Made by a program: the position numbers and the translations under genes
Notes under the pieces: model-generated
The model's database searches: none
Told to the model about the DNA's origin: nothing
Seen by the model: the letters and a program-made list of their open reading frames with translations, nothing else
Shown: positions 40,803 through 50,672 of the stretch, piece after piece
How the letters are laid out: every line of letters starts with the position of its first letter
How positions within the stretch are numbered: the first letter of the stretch is position 1
NCBI GenBank assembly: GCA_963830365.1
Contig: CAWHMU010000036.1
Location: 96,721 to 160,720 of the forward strand
Length of the DNA stretch: 64,000 bases
Source of the DNA: an uncultured Chlamydiae bacterium
GTDB lineage: Bacteria > Chlamydiota > Chlamydiia > Chlamydiales > Parachlamydiaceae
Reading direction: 5' to 3'

Positions 40803-41759
40803 ATGCACGTCACCCTGGAACAAGCCGCTAAGCTTCTGTGTGCAGGACAAGTGGTGGGCATCCCCACCGAGACGGTCTATGGCCTGGCAGCAGCGATCAA
40901 CTGTCCGCAGGCTATTGCCGAGATCTTCGCCCTCAAAGGCAGACCCTCCAATAATCCATTGATCGTCCATCTGGCCGGCGCCGACCAGATCGCGGCCTAT
41001 GCCAAAGAATTGCCGCCGGATTTTTTCAAGCTGGCGGCCGCCTTCTGGCCGGGACCGCTCACGCTCGTTTTGCCAGCCATGCTCGATATGGTGCCGGACA
41101 GCGTGCGGGCGGGGCTTGCCACAGCAGCCTTCCGAGTGCCCGACCATAGCATGACAAGGGCGTTATTGCACCTGACGGGGCCCTTGGTAATGCCGTCAGC
41201 CAACCTTTCCGGTCGCCCTTCCGCCACCTGTGCGGCGCATGTGGAAAATGATTTCGGCGCTCATTTTCCTGTGCTGGATGGGGGAGCGTGCACCAAAGGC
41301 GTGGAATCGACAATCCTATATTGGCAGAAGGATCAGGATAAGGCGGCTGCCTGGACCGTTATCCGCCTGGGTGCGATGGCGCCGGCAGTCTTTTTGTCCG
41401 TCTTGGGTTATCTGCCGGCTGTCGCTGCGGCGGACAAAGGCAGTACAGCCCCGCTATGTCCTGGGCAGATGTACCGTCATTATGCACCTAAGGCCGAGCT
41501 AAAGCTTAGAAAGTCCCTGCCTGCCGATGCCAGCGGCATCGTCATTGGTTTTGACGACCGCAGCTATCCTATAGGATGCCAGCTTGTTTCACTTGGCACC
41601 TCAACCAACCCCGACATGGCAGCCCAGCGCCTCTATGCCATTCTTAGAAGGCTTGATCAGGAATTGATTGGGCAGGCGTGGGTGGATATCGATTTCCCAC
41701 ATGAAGGCCTCTTCCTCACCTTGCAAGAGCGTCTGGCCAAAGCTGCCAAGCATATCTAA
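40803..41759 (+). CDS. sua5: L-threonylcarbamoyladenylate synthase (Sua5/TsaC2)
   Basis: PTETVYGL, KGRPSNNPLIVH, FWPGPLT, SANLSGRPS, PGQMYRHYAP. Confidence 0.95.
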   Translation: MHVTLEQAAKLLCAGQVVGIPTETVYGLAAAINCPQAIAEIFALKGRPSNNPLIVHLAGADQIAAYAKELPPDFFKLAAAFWPGPLTLVLPAMLDMVPDSVRAGLATAAFRVPDHSMTRALLHLTGPLVMPSANLSGRPSATCAAHVENDFGAHFPVLDGGACTKGVESTILYWQKDQDKAAAWTVIRLGAMAPAVFLSVLGYLPAVAAADKGSTAPLCPGQMYRHYAPKAELKLRKSLPADASGIVIGFDDRSYPIGCQLVSLGTSTNPDMAAQRLYAILRRLDQELIGQAWVDIDFPHEGLFLTLQERLAKAAKHI

Positions 41760-41997
41760 TATCGAATCAAAATATTGGCGTGCTTGAACATCAGTAACGG
41801 CCGTTTCCAGACTATCCCAACCTAACCTGCTGAATGTCAGGTTAAATCAGAATAAGCAGGCTATGCCTGTTTGATATAATTAAGCTGATTTTATAAATGA
41901 TTTGCAGAAAGCGAGTCAATTTGATAGGTTTCAAAAAAACACTGAATAGCTGGCCTTCCCGAGTGCTTTTTGCTTTAAATATCATCAGGAGGTAAAT

Positions 41998-42369
41998 ATG
42001 TCTTATCCCCCGTTACCGGTTTTCTATAGTGCTGTCATGCCTATCGTTGATGAAGATACTGTCAGTTCCCTTGTCATTCAAAATGCTTGCTTAATGACAA
42101 ATAATAATTGTAAGCATGTTTGCAAGATGACATTGAAAAGCGGTGAACAAAGAGATGTGACTTTGCGTTCAACCGATCTCCAGAAGCTTGCCAAACACAT
42201 CTTGGACAAAATGCCAAATTACTCGGATTTCGAAACTCATTTTGCAGAGGGTCTACGCATCACCACAAAAAATGGTAAGGCATATGCTTTGCTCGGCGAA
42301 TCGCATGTGGTCGATGTCGAGTTGGGTAATGCAACCATGCCAAAGAGCAAAGGCTGCACAATTCTGTAA
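41998..42369 (+). CDS. CaaX-terminated small protein, paralogue 1
   Basis: C-x6-CKHVC, NYSDFETHF, ends KSKGCTIL*; RBS AGGAGG. Confidence 0.85.
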   Translation: MSYPPLPVFYSAVMPIVDEDTVSSLVIQNACLMTNNNCKHVCKMTLKSGEQRDVTLRSTDLQKLAKHILDKMPNYSDFETHFAEGLRITTKNGKAYALLGESHVVDVELGNATMPKSKGCTIL

Positions 42370-42453
42370 ACAAAAAATGATTTCAACAGTATCGAAGCAG
42401 CTCTTTTAAAAGTTTCAGGCGCGATATTTTACCAACATGAAAAAGGCATACGC

Positions 42454-42822
42454 GTGATCTCATTATCGATTTCATCACCGGATTACGATGGATGTACAAC
42501 TGTGCTGTTGGATCAAGTCGATTCTAAGGGAAATGTCATTCACACTAAAGATGTTGATATCAGCAAAATCTGCTCCTTAAAAATCAAAAAAGAATGCGTT
42601 AAAATAGGGCATTGGTGCATGCATCCTTGCAAAATAAATCTGCTAACTGGAGATGTAAGGACGATATATTTAACGAACTCAGATTTCAAAGAGCTGTATC
42701 CGAAATTTCGAGAGGCGGGGGTAATGACGAATTATCTGAATTTCCTGAAACACTTTACTCGATCTGACACCAGCACTGGTGGGGATCGGCTTTCTGGCAA
42801 GGACAGCTGCATAATACTGTAG
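42454..42822 (+). CDS. CaaX-terminated small protein, paralogue 2
   Basis: C-x6-CMHPC, NYLNFLKHF, ends GKDSCIIL*. Confidence 0.82.
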   Translation: MISLSISSPDYDGCTTVLLDQVDSKGNVIHTKDVDISKICSLKIKKECVKIGHWCMHPCKINLLTGDVRTIYLTNSDFKELYPKFREAGVMTNYLNFLKHFTRSDTSTGGDRLSGKDSCIIL

Positions 42823-42976
42823 ACCATGAGCTAGTGAGGCTTTGACATCTTGGACGCGGCAAAGTTCCCGCTGTTGCTGGCGGTAAGGCTGCCAAACAAT
42901 TTGATGAACTTTAATACATGTGTAATTTGCTTTTATAGAGAATCCGAATCTTTTTTTACCCCATTTGGAGATAAGT

Positions 42977-43342
42977 ATGAGTCTAGCCTTGGAACAAACC
43001 CCATTTTATATCTCTACTGCCAATACTAGGTATCGAGAGTGCGATATTCAATTTCTTTACATTCACGATGCTTGCAGTAAAACAACAGAGTCCTGCGCGC
43101 ATGAATGTACCCTGACGACTACTAGTAAGAAGGTAATACAATTGCATTTAAACGCAGCTAAGATCAAAGAATGCGCTGCGGAAATGCCCCAAAAGATGAA
43201 TTATGAGAAGCGCAGACATCATTTTGATACATCTGCAGCGGCCAGAAGCGAAGAGGCATGGAAAAAATATATGTCTACCGATAACACAGACCCCGACGAT
43301 ATGATGAAACTCAAGAAAAAGAAGAATTGCACAATTTTATGA
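42977..43342 (+). CDS. CaaX-terminated small protein, paralogue 3
   Basis: C-x6-CAHEC, NYEKRRHHF, ends KLKKKKNCTIL*; ATG at 42977 preceded by GGAG. Confidence 0.85.
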   Translation: MSLALEQTPFYISTANTRYRECDIQFLYIHDACSKTTESCAHECTLTTTSKKVIQLHLNAAKIKECAAEMPQKMNYEKRRHHFDTSAAARSEEAWKKYMSTDNTDPDDMMKLKKKKNCTIL

Positions 43343-43509
43343 ATAAAATACAATATTGCCATTGTTTATATTTCCTATAATGTAAATAATGCATATTTTA
43401 TAGCGGTAACAACCTAAGTGCCGTTTTTAAGCCTACCACAGGGCAAAATGTGGTGTTTAAGAAATAAGGAAATAAACGTTTTAACTACATCGCTTTAGCG
43501 AAATGACGG

Positions 43510-43989
43510 ATGATAGAAGAACTAATAACTGACATAGCCTCAACTTCCGATATAGATCAACTGGTAAGGCTTGAAGAGTCTAACTTTGAAGAATATCGGC
43601 TATCCCCAAGGAATTTCCGGCATCTCATCAAAGCGCCTACCGCCCTTGTAGCCGTGACAAAACAGGCTGACAAAGTGATTGCAGGGGCTATCATGCTCTT
43701 CAGGAAGAACTCTACCAAAGCCAGGCTGTACTCCATTTCGGTCGATCCCAATTTCCAACAGCGCGGCGTAGCCCATCTGCTCTGTCAATTCCTGGAAAAA
43801 AATAGCCTTAAACATCATTGCACAGAAATTCGATTGGAAGTAAAACAAAACAATATGCGGGCCATTAATTTCTATCGCAAAAATGGGTATGAAGTGTTTG
43901 CCAAGTATAAAAGCTATTATAAAGACGGACAGGATGCCTTGCGCATGCAAAAGACGCTGATATCAGCGATGCCGGAGAAAAGAAACTAA
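43510..43989 (+). CDS. RimI-like GNAT acetyltransferase
   Basis: RLYSISVDPNFQQRGVA, RLEVKQNNMRAINFYRKNGY, YYKDGQDALRM. Confidence 0.9.
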   Translation: MIEELITDIASTSDIDQLVRLEESNFEEYRLSPRNFRHLIKAPTALVAVTKQADKVIAGAIMLFRKNSTKARLYSISVDPNFQQRGVAHLLCQFLEKNSLKHHCTEIRLEVKQNNMRAINFYRKNGYEVFAKYKSYYKDGQDALRMQKTLISAMPEKRN

Positions 43990-44213
43990 TGATGCTGACA
44001 AGGACATTAAAAATATGCTAAATCGCCGTTTTAGCTTGTCTGAAAAATGCATCAATGGCTAAGTATACGGTGTTATAATTTACTAGACTCTATTGGTAAC
44101 GGCCGTGAGATGAATCGTTACCGTGGTTTTATAAACAAAATCACAACTCATAAACAAGATTAAATTGAGTAAATGATAAATCGTTAATATGTGGATACAA
44201 AAAAACACTTAAG

Positions 44214-45230
44214 GTGAACATATTTAAAATGCAAACCGTTCTCACGTGCCCTGAGTCTATCGTTGAATTATACGGTGTTAGTTCCATCTCAATAGATGAC
44301 CGCTCTTATTTTCAGACGGTTTTTTCTAATCTCGTCCAGCCGCTATCCGATTCGTCATTTGCCAACAACTATATCTGGGCAAATAGTTTCAGGATGTACT
44401 GGAAGCAGTCTTTTAATCATCTGTGCCTGTTTGTGATCGAAGACGATTTCATGCAGATGTTTTTGCCGCCATCGCCGGCAGCCACAGCCACGCTGGATGA
44501 CTTGCGGGCGGCGCTGCTGGAGTGTTTCCGCATCATGAATGATTACAACATGCACCACGGCAATCAATTTGCCAGTACGATACAATATGTCTCCGACGAG
44601 ATGTTGGAGCGCATCAACGCCTGCGGCATTGAAGGACTGATCATCGCGCCATCGCCCATGGGCAAGGATTATATCTATGATATGCAGAAGATGATCACGT
44701 TATCGGGGACAGGACTTGATTCCAAGCGCCATGCCAGAAATAAGTTCATGCGCGAATATCCGGATTTCTATACGCAGACGCTAACTCCCAAGGACATGCC
44801 CGCCTGCATCAAGCTTTTGCATGCCTGGTACAATCACAAAAGTGTCAGGGGTCCTGACAGCCGGCCGATGGCTAAATATGAATACTTTTTAGATCCTGAA
44901 AAGATCGCCTGCGAGATGACGATAGCGCATTGGCAGAGCCTGGATCTTAAAGGCATGGGTTTATATGCCAAGGGCGAGCTCATCGGCTTTACCTATGGTG
45001 AGGCCCTTTCGCCGACCCAGGCTTCGATCCTGATTGAAAAGACACACCCCGATTATTATGGCGCCTCGGCCTTGATATTCTCTGAATTCTGCCGTCAGTA
45101 TTGGAGCGAATATGCTGAATGCAATGTAGGCGATGATGGCAACAGCCCGAATCTGCGCTTTACAAAACAGCAATATCGTCCGATCAAATATCTCAATAAA
45201 TCCATCATCATGCAGGCCAGGCCCTTGTAA
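44214..45230 (+). CDS. DUF2156 / phosphatidylglycerol lysyltransferase-domain protein
   Basis: SDSSFAN, DYIY....LSG....KR..RNKF, IGFTYGE, LIEKT, NVGDD...NLRFTKQQYRP. Confidence 0.85.
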   Translation: MNIFKMQTVLTCPESIVELYGVSSISIDDRSYFQTVFSNLVQPLSDSSFANNYIWANSFRMYWKQSFNHLCLFVIEDDFMQMFLPPSPAATATLDDLRAALLECFRIMNDYNMHHGNQFASTIQYVSDEMLERINACGIEGLIIAPSPMGKDYIYDMQKMITLSGTGLDSKRHARNKFMREYPDFYTQTLTPKDMPACIKLLHAWYNHKSVRGPDSRPMAKYEYFLDPEKIACEMTIAHWQSLDLKGMGLYAKGELIGFTYGEALSPTQASILIEKTHPDYYGASALIFSEFCRQYWSEYAECNVGDDGNSPNLRFTKQQYRPIKYLNKSIIMQARPL

Positions 45231-45253
45231 GAGCAGCTCTTGAGGTGAATTTC

Positions 45254-45419
45254 CACCACCGAGGCACCGAGACACAGAGAAACAAACAGCAAAACAAACA
45301 AGCCGCAAAATACAAAACAGGATGGTCAGGATAGAGTTTAGCAGAAAACCTAGCTATCTTGACGATCCTGTTTTTTTATTTTGCTGCTTGTTTCTCGGTG
45401 TTTCGGTGTTTCGGTGGTG
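45254..45419. repeat. Nested inverted REP-like repeat between convergent genes
   Basis: CACCACCGAGGCACCGAGACACAGAGAAAC ... GTTTCTCGGTGTTTCGGTGTTTCGGTGGTG enclosing CAGGATGGTCAGGATAG ... CTATCTTGACGATCCTG. Confidence 0.8.
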
Positions 45420-45432
45420 AATTTTGCTGATT

Positions 45433-45957
45433 TTAGCAGCAGGGACCGATTTTTCTTTCCAGATAGGAAGAGAAAAAGCCCCGGTATTTCTTCTGCAGCT
45501 GGGGGATTTTCCAATCGATGCCGGTGATTTTTTTTCGGCAGGCTTGGCTGCCGCAGGCGCAGGGAATATTGAAGTTTTTATCAGAGATCACCATGGCGTA
45601 GTCGAAGGTGATTTCGTCACCAGATGGAATATCTTGCATAGCCACCAAAAATATTTGGCCGCAGATGCCCGTATTGGGTTGGCAGCTATGATTAACGAAA
45701 TCGCCATCGCCGATGGTCTCTAAGGTCGGCGGGCCAATGTACAACTCGTCATCGATGGTGAGGAAAAGCTCGCCCAAGCCGGCAGGCAATTGGTCATATT
45801 CGGCTTCGTTGATGATTTTCCCACCGAAAGCGGCAATCAATTCACCCTTTTTGATTTCTGAATTGGCAAATGTGCCCTTGCCGGCGATCGGACTTTCCCT
45901 GGTTTCTGTCTTAGGATTAAGATAACAATAATGACGGCTCATAATGAAGATCCCCAA
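45433..45957 (-). CDS. SET-domain protein-lysine methyltransferase with post-SET
   Basis: SPIAGKGTFA, FVNHSCQPN, DIPSGDEITFDY, CACGSQACR. Confidence 0.93.
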   Translation of the reverse strand: MGIFIMSRHYCYLNPKTETRESPIAGKGTFANSEIKKGELIAAFGGKIINEAEYDQLPAGLGELFLTIDDELYIGPPTLETIGDGDFVNHSCQPNTGICGQIFLVAMQDIPSGDEITFDYAMVISDKNFNIPCACGSQACRKKITGIDWKIPQLQKKYRGFFSSYLERKIGPCC

Positions 45958-46196
45958 ATGGTTTTTGTCGGATATTAAACACCATGCTGCAGTCCAATGT
46001 AAACAAGAAAGTGCCGCAAAGAGATGGGGTGGCTGGCGATCATGCCACCCCTAGGCTTTGGCGCGTGCGATATGTCAAATTCGCATTAAGATCCAGGTAT
46101 AACGCAAGTTGGCAGCACCTGTGCATTGACAAGCTAAAAGACAATCAGTTAGTTTGCTAGTAGTAATCAGCGATCAACCTCTAGAGAATTTAGCCT

Positions 46197-46946
46197 ATGT
46201 CTAACACCATCGTCACCAAATCCATGCCTCATCCTTGCCGGCGCATCCTGCTCAAATTGTCCGGCGAGATGCTGATGGAAGGACAACCCTTCGGCATCAA
46301 TCCACTGGCCTGCACGGAGCTTACCAAGGGGATCATGGCATTTAAGCGCGCCGGCATAGAAATCGGCCTTGTCATCGGCGGCGGCAATATCTTCCGCGGC
46401 ATCAACCTTAAGGAAATGGGCATGCAGCGCTCTCCCGCCGATCAGATCGGCATGCTGGCCACGCTCATCAACGGCATCAGCCTGCAGCAAGCTCTGGAGA
46501 ATGCCGGCTGCCCGACGCGCGTGCTGTCGGCGTTGGAGTGCCCGCGGGTGGCCGAAACATATACCTGGCGCAGCGCCACCCAATATCTGGCAAATGGGGA
46601 GGTTGTGATTTTTGTGGGAGGGACAGGCAATCCCTATTTCACCACCGATACGGCAGCTGCCATGCGCGCAAGCGAAATTCAGGCCGATATCCTGCTCAAA
46701 GCCACAAAAGTCGATGGCGTCTATGATAAAGACCCTGTCAAACATCCGGAAGCTGTCAAGTATGCCTCGTTAAGCTATTCCCGCATGCTGGCAGAAAAAC
46801 TTGCCGTGATGGATGCTACCGCCGTAGCCTTATGCCGCAGCAATCAAATTCCGATTCTGGTTTTCGATATGCAACTGCTGAAAACAGGCCAGGCAGCGGA
46901 TATATTATCCCACCAACAGTGGGGGACGCTGGTCAGTGGAGACTAA
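46197..46946 (+). CDS. pyrH: Uridylate kinase
   Basis: RILLKLSGE, GGGNIFRG, DQIGMLAT, GNPYFTTD, VMDATA. Confidence 0.97.
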   Translation: MSNTIVTKSMPHPCRRILLKLSGEMLMEGQPFGINPLACTELTKGIMAFKRAGIEIGLVIGGGNIFRGINLKEMGMQRSPADQIGMLATLINGISLQQALENAGCPTRVLSALECPRVAETYTWRSATQYLANGEVVIFVGGTGNPYFTTDTAAAMRASEIQADILLKATKVDGVYDKDPVKHPEAVKYASLSYSRMLAEKLAVMDATAVALCRSNQIPILVFDMQLLKTGQAADILSHQQWGTLVSGD

Positions 46947-47021
46947 AAAGTCGAGCACAGCTATACTAACAACGAGTTTTAAAGAAAAAGAGTAAAAAAT
47001 AAAGTTAAGGAGAATAATCAC

Positions 47022-47573
47022 ATGAGCGTGATGGACCAAACTAAAATCAAGATGATGGCCGCTATTGAGCACCTTAAGAATGAACTTAAAAGCATCCGCA
47101 CAGGGCGTGCCAACCCAGGCATGCTTGACAGCGTGATGGTTGAGGTCTATGGTAGCATGATGCGCCTTAAGGATATAGCTTCAGTAACCGCGCCAGAACC
47201 GCGCCAGCTGCTGGTGACTCCCTTTGATCCGAAGAATACCGCATCCATCGGTAAAGGCATTGAAAGGGCTAATTTAGGCGTGATGCCCATTGTGGATGCC
47301 AATGTGGTGCGGATCAAGATTGCGCAGATGGACGACAGCATGCGCAAGGAGATGGTGAAGCTCTGCCATAAGCGGCGTGAAGAGGCTAAAGTCAGCATCA
47401 GAAACATCCGCCGCGAAGGCAATGAACTGGCGCGCAAGATGAAAACCGATGGCCTTATGGCTGAAGATGTGCTGAAAAAGACCGAAAAAAACATCCAGGA
47501 GCTGACGGATAAATTTTGCAAAGATACTGATGATCTGTCAGATAAAAAAGAAAAAGAGATCGCAACAATTTAA
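47022..47573 (+). CDS. frr: Ribosome recycling factor
   Basis: [22 protein letters not shown]; follows pyrH. Confidence 0.97.
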   Translation: MSVMDQTKIKMMAAIEHLKNELKSIRTGRANPGMLDSVMVEVYGSMMRLKDIASVTAPEPRQLLVTPFDPKNTASIGKGIERANLGVMPIVDANVVRIKIAQMDDSMRKEMVKLCHKRREEAKVSIRNIRREGNELARKMKTDGLMAEDVLKKTEKNIQELTDKFCKDTDDLSDKKEKEIATI

Positions 47574-47675
47574 TCGTTGCAGGAAATTCAGCTGATCTGT
47601 AAGATAAAGTGTCTTTACAAAAAAAGCTGACAGGCAAGTAAAGAATGCGAAAGCAAAATAAAGCTTGTCTGGTAT

Positions 47676-47750
47676 GGCCCCATCGTCTAGTCTGGCCTAG
47701 GACACCGGATTTTCATTCCGATAACAGGGGTTCGAATCCCCTTGGGGTCA
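47676..47750 (+). tRNA. tRNA-Glu(TTC)
   Basis: GGCCCCATCGTCTAG...GGATTTTCATTCC...GGTTCGAATCCCCTTGGGGTCA. Confidence 0.95.
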
Positions 47751-47761
47751 ATAACATTTAT

Positions 47762-47834
47762 GAGTCTTTAGCTCAGTTGGTAGAGCACCTCACTTTTAAT
47801 GAGGCCGTCGATGGTTCGAGTCCATCAAGACTCA
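47762..47834 (+). tRNA. tRNA-Lys(TTT)
   Basis: GAGTCTTTAGCTCAGTTGGTAGAGCACCTCACTTTTAATGAGG...GGTTCGAGTCCATCAAGACTCA. Confidence 0.95.
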
Positions 47835-47845
47835 ATCTCTTTCCC

Positions 47846-47873
47846 GGGTAGTCCTTCAGGACTACCCTTTTTT
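47846..47873 (+). terminator. Intrinsic terminator after the tRNA pair
   Basis: GGGTAGTCC-TTCA-GGACTACCC followed by TTTTTT. Confidence 0.9.
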
Positions 47874-48120
47874 ATTTCCCAAGGTCTATTTTTGCTAGCT
47901 TTGTCTATTTTTGATAGCTTTATGGTGCCTACGTTTATTTCATCATAAACGTATGCTGATAGGCATCGGCCCCCAGCTCGGATGAATGATCCTGCCCTAA
48001 GCATCTCCGACGCTTAGGAATTTTCTCGGCATTCGCACACCACCACATATTCCTAGAACGTCCGCTCCGAGAGGAGGCTTAAGTAAAATGAGCATTTATC
48101 ATTGGAGTTGCCTTTTTTAT

Positions 48121-48660
48121 GGTTCATCGCATAATTGCGTACCTCCCCATTATGTAAACTAATGGAGGATGTTAAATAAATCATACATAATGGCAAATTG
48201 CGCGTTCGATCCTGTGAAGGAAGGATTTGAGTTGGTACTGCCATATAAGAGATAGGGCACAAGCCATGAGAACATTTTTACAGCCTTGATAGAGGCGGAA
48301 GCATGTAGCCACATGCGTCAGCGTGTGGTAATCGCATGTTTAGAAACAAAGCCGTGAATACGGCGGCAGCAATGACTAAAGGAAAGTGTATATTGTAATA
48401 ATTGCATCTAATTCAGCTTCCATCGAAATTGCTGTCGCCGTATTCACGGCTCACTTTATGCTACATTTTATTCCATAGGTTGACACCTATGGCTACATGC
48501 TTCCGCCTCTATCGAGGCTAACTAGACCTTCTGTGCTAGAATGTCGATTTGTTTCAAAGAGAACATTACAAATAGATCATTACTGCTCATATTTCAACCA
48601 TCAATTAATAAGGCTTTTTGACGAATCATCATGGGCAGGTACTCATTTGTGCGATGAACC
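48121..48660. mobile_element. Non-autonomous ISL3-derived element (540 bp) containing a REP-like doublet
   Basis: Ends GGTTCATCGCATAATTGCGTACCT and AGGTACTCATTTGTGCGATGAACC match the ISL3 IR at 9208/10534; flanks TTTTTTAT / TTTATTAT (7/8). Confidence 0.8.
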
Positions 48661-49035
48661 TTTATTATCTCGATCAATACCAAGAAAAGTCACGTAATAC
48701 GCGCAAGTAAAAAGGTCTCCTTTAGCGAAGAGGAACAAAGCCCCATCAAGCTTGCCTTGTACTGAAATGGAGTGCATGCGCGGCTATTGATATAACCTCG
48801 TCCAGCAATCTAAAAGGACGTAACGGACGGTTCCTTTCGACCCTTAGGTCCTTTATGTCCCTTATCTTTTGTTGGTCAAAGCTAAACCACATGCCCGTAC
48901 AACAGAGGCTGTCTTGTTGGCATGCGTTTTTCAATGTTTGGCACTTCTGCCGTTTTCAAGCTCTTTCTTCATTTGCCCTTTTATCGCTGTTATCCTATAG
49001 TAAAAAATATCCTATAAACCCGTTAGAGCGCACAG

Positions 49036-49605
49036 ATGGCAGACAACCACGAAGAAGAAAATCCCGCAGAAGAAAAGCTTCCAGAGCGCCCATTGGAGTG
49101 CTACGAATGCAAAAAACCGGTTTCGGTCATCTACACGGAAATCATCGGCAAGGCGATCACGCGCACCAGCATGTGTGCCGACTGCCCGGAGCTGCAGCGC
49201 AGGCTGCGCGGGGCGCCTTCCCAGGCGGCAGAAAAGCTACCGGGAGAGATGACGACGGGCTTGGCCTGCGGCAATTGTGGCACGACGCTTGAGTCGCTGC
49301 GCGTGGGTATCCCGGTAGGTTGCAGCGTTTGCTATGATGTATTTGATGATGTGCTGCTTGGGGAGATGCTGGCTTCGGAAAAAATTCCGCAGCGCCTGTC
49401 GACGACAAAAAAATCCATACCCATCCATATTGGCCGGGCGCCCGGAGAAAGCCAGGAGATGAACCCAACACTGCGTCTATTGGCTCTTAATGAAGCGCTG
49501 AATGAGACACTTAAGCGGGAAGACTATGAACAGGCGGCATGGCTGCGCGATCAAATTAAAGCTTTGACGGAGAATCCGGAGAAAACCGATGACGGAAAAC
49601 GATAG
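49036..49605 (+). CDS. mcsA: McsA-like protein (CxxC repeats + UVR domain)
   Basis: CYEC, CADC, CGNCG, GCSVCY; C-terminal EDYEQAAWLRDQIK. Confidence 0.9.
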   Translation: MADNHEEENPAEEKLPERPLECYECKKPVSVIYTEIIGKAITRTSMCADCPELQRRLRGAPSQAAEKLPGEMTTGLACGNCGTTLESLRVGIPVGCSVCYDVFDDVLLGEMLASEKIPQRLSTTKKSIPIHIGRAPGESQEMNPTLRLLALNEALNETLKREDYEQAAWLRDQIKALTENPEKTDDGKR

Positions 49606-50659
49606 TTCTAAGATTATTCTCGGTCAAAAAAAACCGTGGAATGAAAATGGTAATCCCATCTGGCTAGCATCGAAGGTCTGCCTGATGCGGAATATTGAAA
49701 AATTTAAATTCCCCGGCAAATTGAGTTCAGACCGCAAAAAGCAAATCATCGCGCTGATCAGCAACGATCTTTTAGGCATGGAAGGACTGACACAGCCTGT
49801 GCTGATTAAAGGGGAGGAGATCGGCTTTTTAGAAAAAGAGTATTTGATCGAACACTTTCTTTCCACCTTCAACTATAGCCAAGCGCATGCCGGTGAAGGC
49901 TTCATTGTGGATGCATCGGGTGAATTTCTGGCCACGCTGAATATGCGCGATCATATCCATCTGCAACTGATTGATTGCAAAGGGGAACTGGAAAATACCT
50001 GGAGCCGGCTGGTCAAGATCGAAAGCCATTTGGGAAAAGCGCTGAACTATTCTTTTTTGCCTAAATTCGGCTTTCTCACGGCTGATCCCACTCAATGCGG
50101 CACTGCCTTGAGCGTGTCGATCTATCTGCAATTGCCGGGGCTGGTGCATACCGGCCAGATCGATGGGATGCTTGAAAAATACCTTGACGACTCGCTAATC
50201 ATTTCCGGTATCCAAGGCAGCCCGACCGAGATTATCGGCGATGTGCTGGTGGTCCAAAATAATTACACCCTTGGCATCACCGAAGAAAATATCGTCTCTG
50301 CGCTGCGCAGCTTCACCACCAAAATCATGGTGGAAGAGCACAGCACGCGCCATAAAATCAAACGCGATGATAGTGCCGAATTCAAAGATAAAGTCAGCCG
50401 GGCCTTCGGCATCTTGATCCACTCCTATCAGATTGAAGCTATCGAAGCCCTTAATGCGCTGAGCTTGCTTAAGCTCGGTGCCGAGGCTGGCTGGATCACC
50501 GGGATCGATAACATCAAGGTCAACGAGCTCTTTTTCAATTGCCGACGCGCGCATCTGTTGTGCCTGTATGAGCCGAAAAAGATCAACCAGGAAGAAATTC
50601 CCCATAAACGCGCAGAATATATCCACCAGGCTCTAAAAGACGTCAAGCTCATGATATGA
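49589..50659 (+). CDS. mcsB: McsB-like ATP:guanido phosphotransferase (protein arginine kinase family)
   Basis: LMRNI..FKFP, DHIHLQ, FGFLT.DP..CGT, LQLPGL, NNYTLG.TEE, DKVSRAFGIL; overlaps mcsA. Confidence 0.88.
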   Translation: MTENDSSKIILGQKKPWNENGNPIWLASKVCLMRNIEKFKFPGKLSSDRKKQIIALISNDLLGMEGLTQPVLIKGEEIGFLEKEYLIEHFLSTFNYSQAHAGEGFIVDASGEFLATLNMRDHIHLQLIDCKGELENTWSRLVKIESHLGKALNYSFLPKFGFLTADPTQCGTALSVSIYLQLPGLVHTGQIDGMLEKYLDDSLIISGIQGSPTEIIGDVLVVQNNYTLGITEENIVSALRSFTTKIMVEEHSTRHKIKRDDSAEFKDKVSRAFGILIHSYQIEAIEALNALSLLKLGAEAGWITGIDNIKVNELFFNCRRAHLLCLYEPKKINQEEIPHKRAEYIHQALKDVKLMI

Positions 50660-50672
50660 AAGAGGCCCTGCT

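Noticed and set aside
27800..41502. Numerous antisense and alternate-frame ORFs over prfC, ribE and sufBCDS-sua5
   Set aside because: Shadow ORFs of GC-richer genes that already have clear family motifs.
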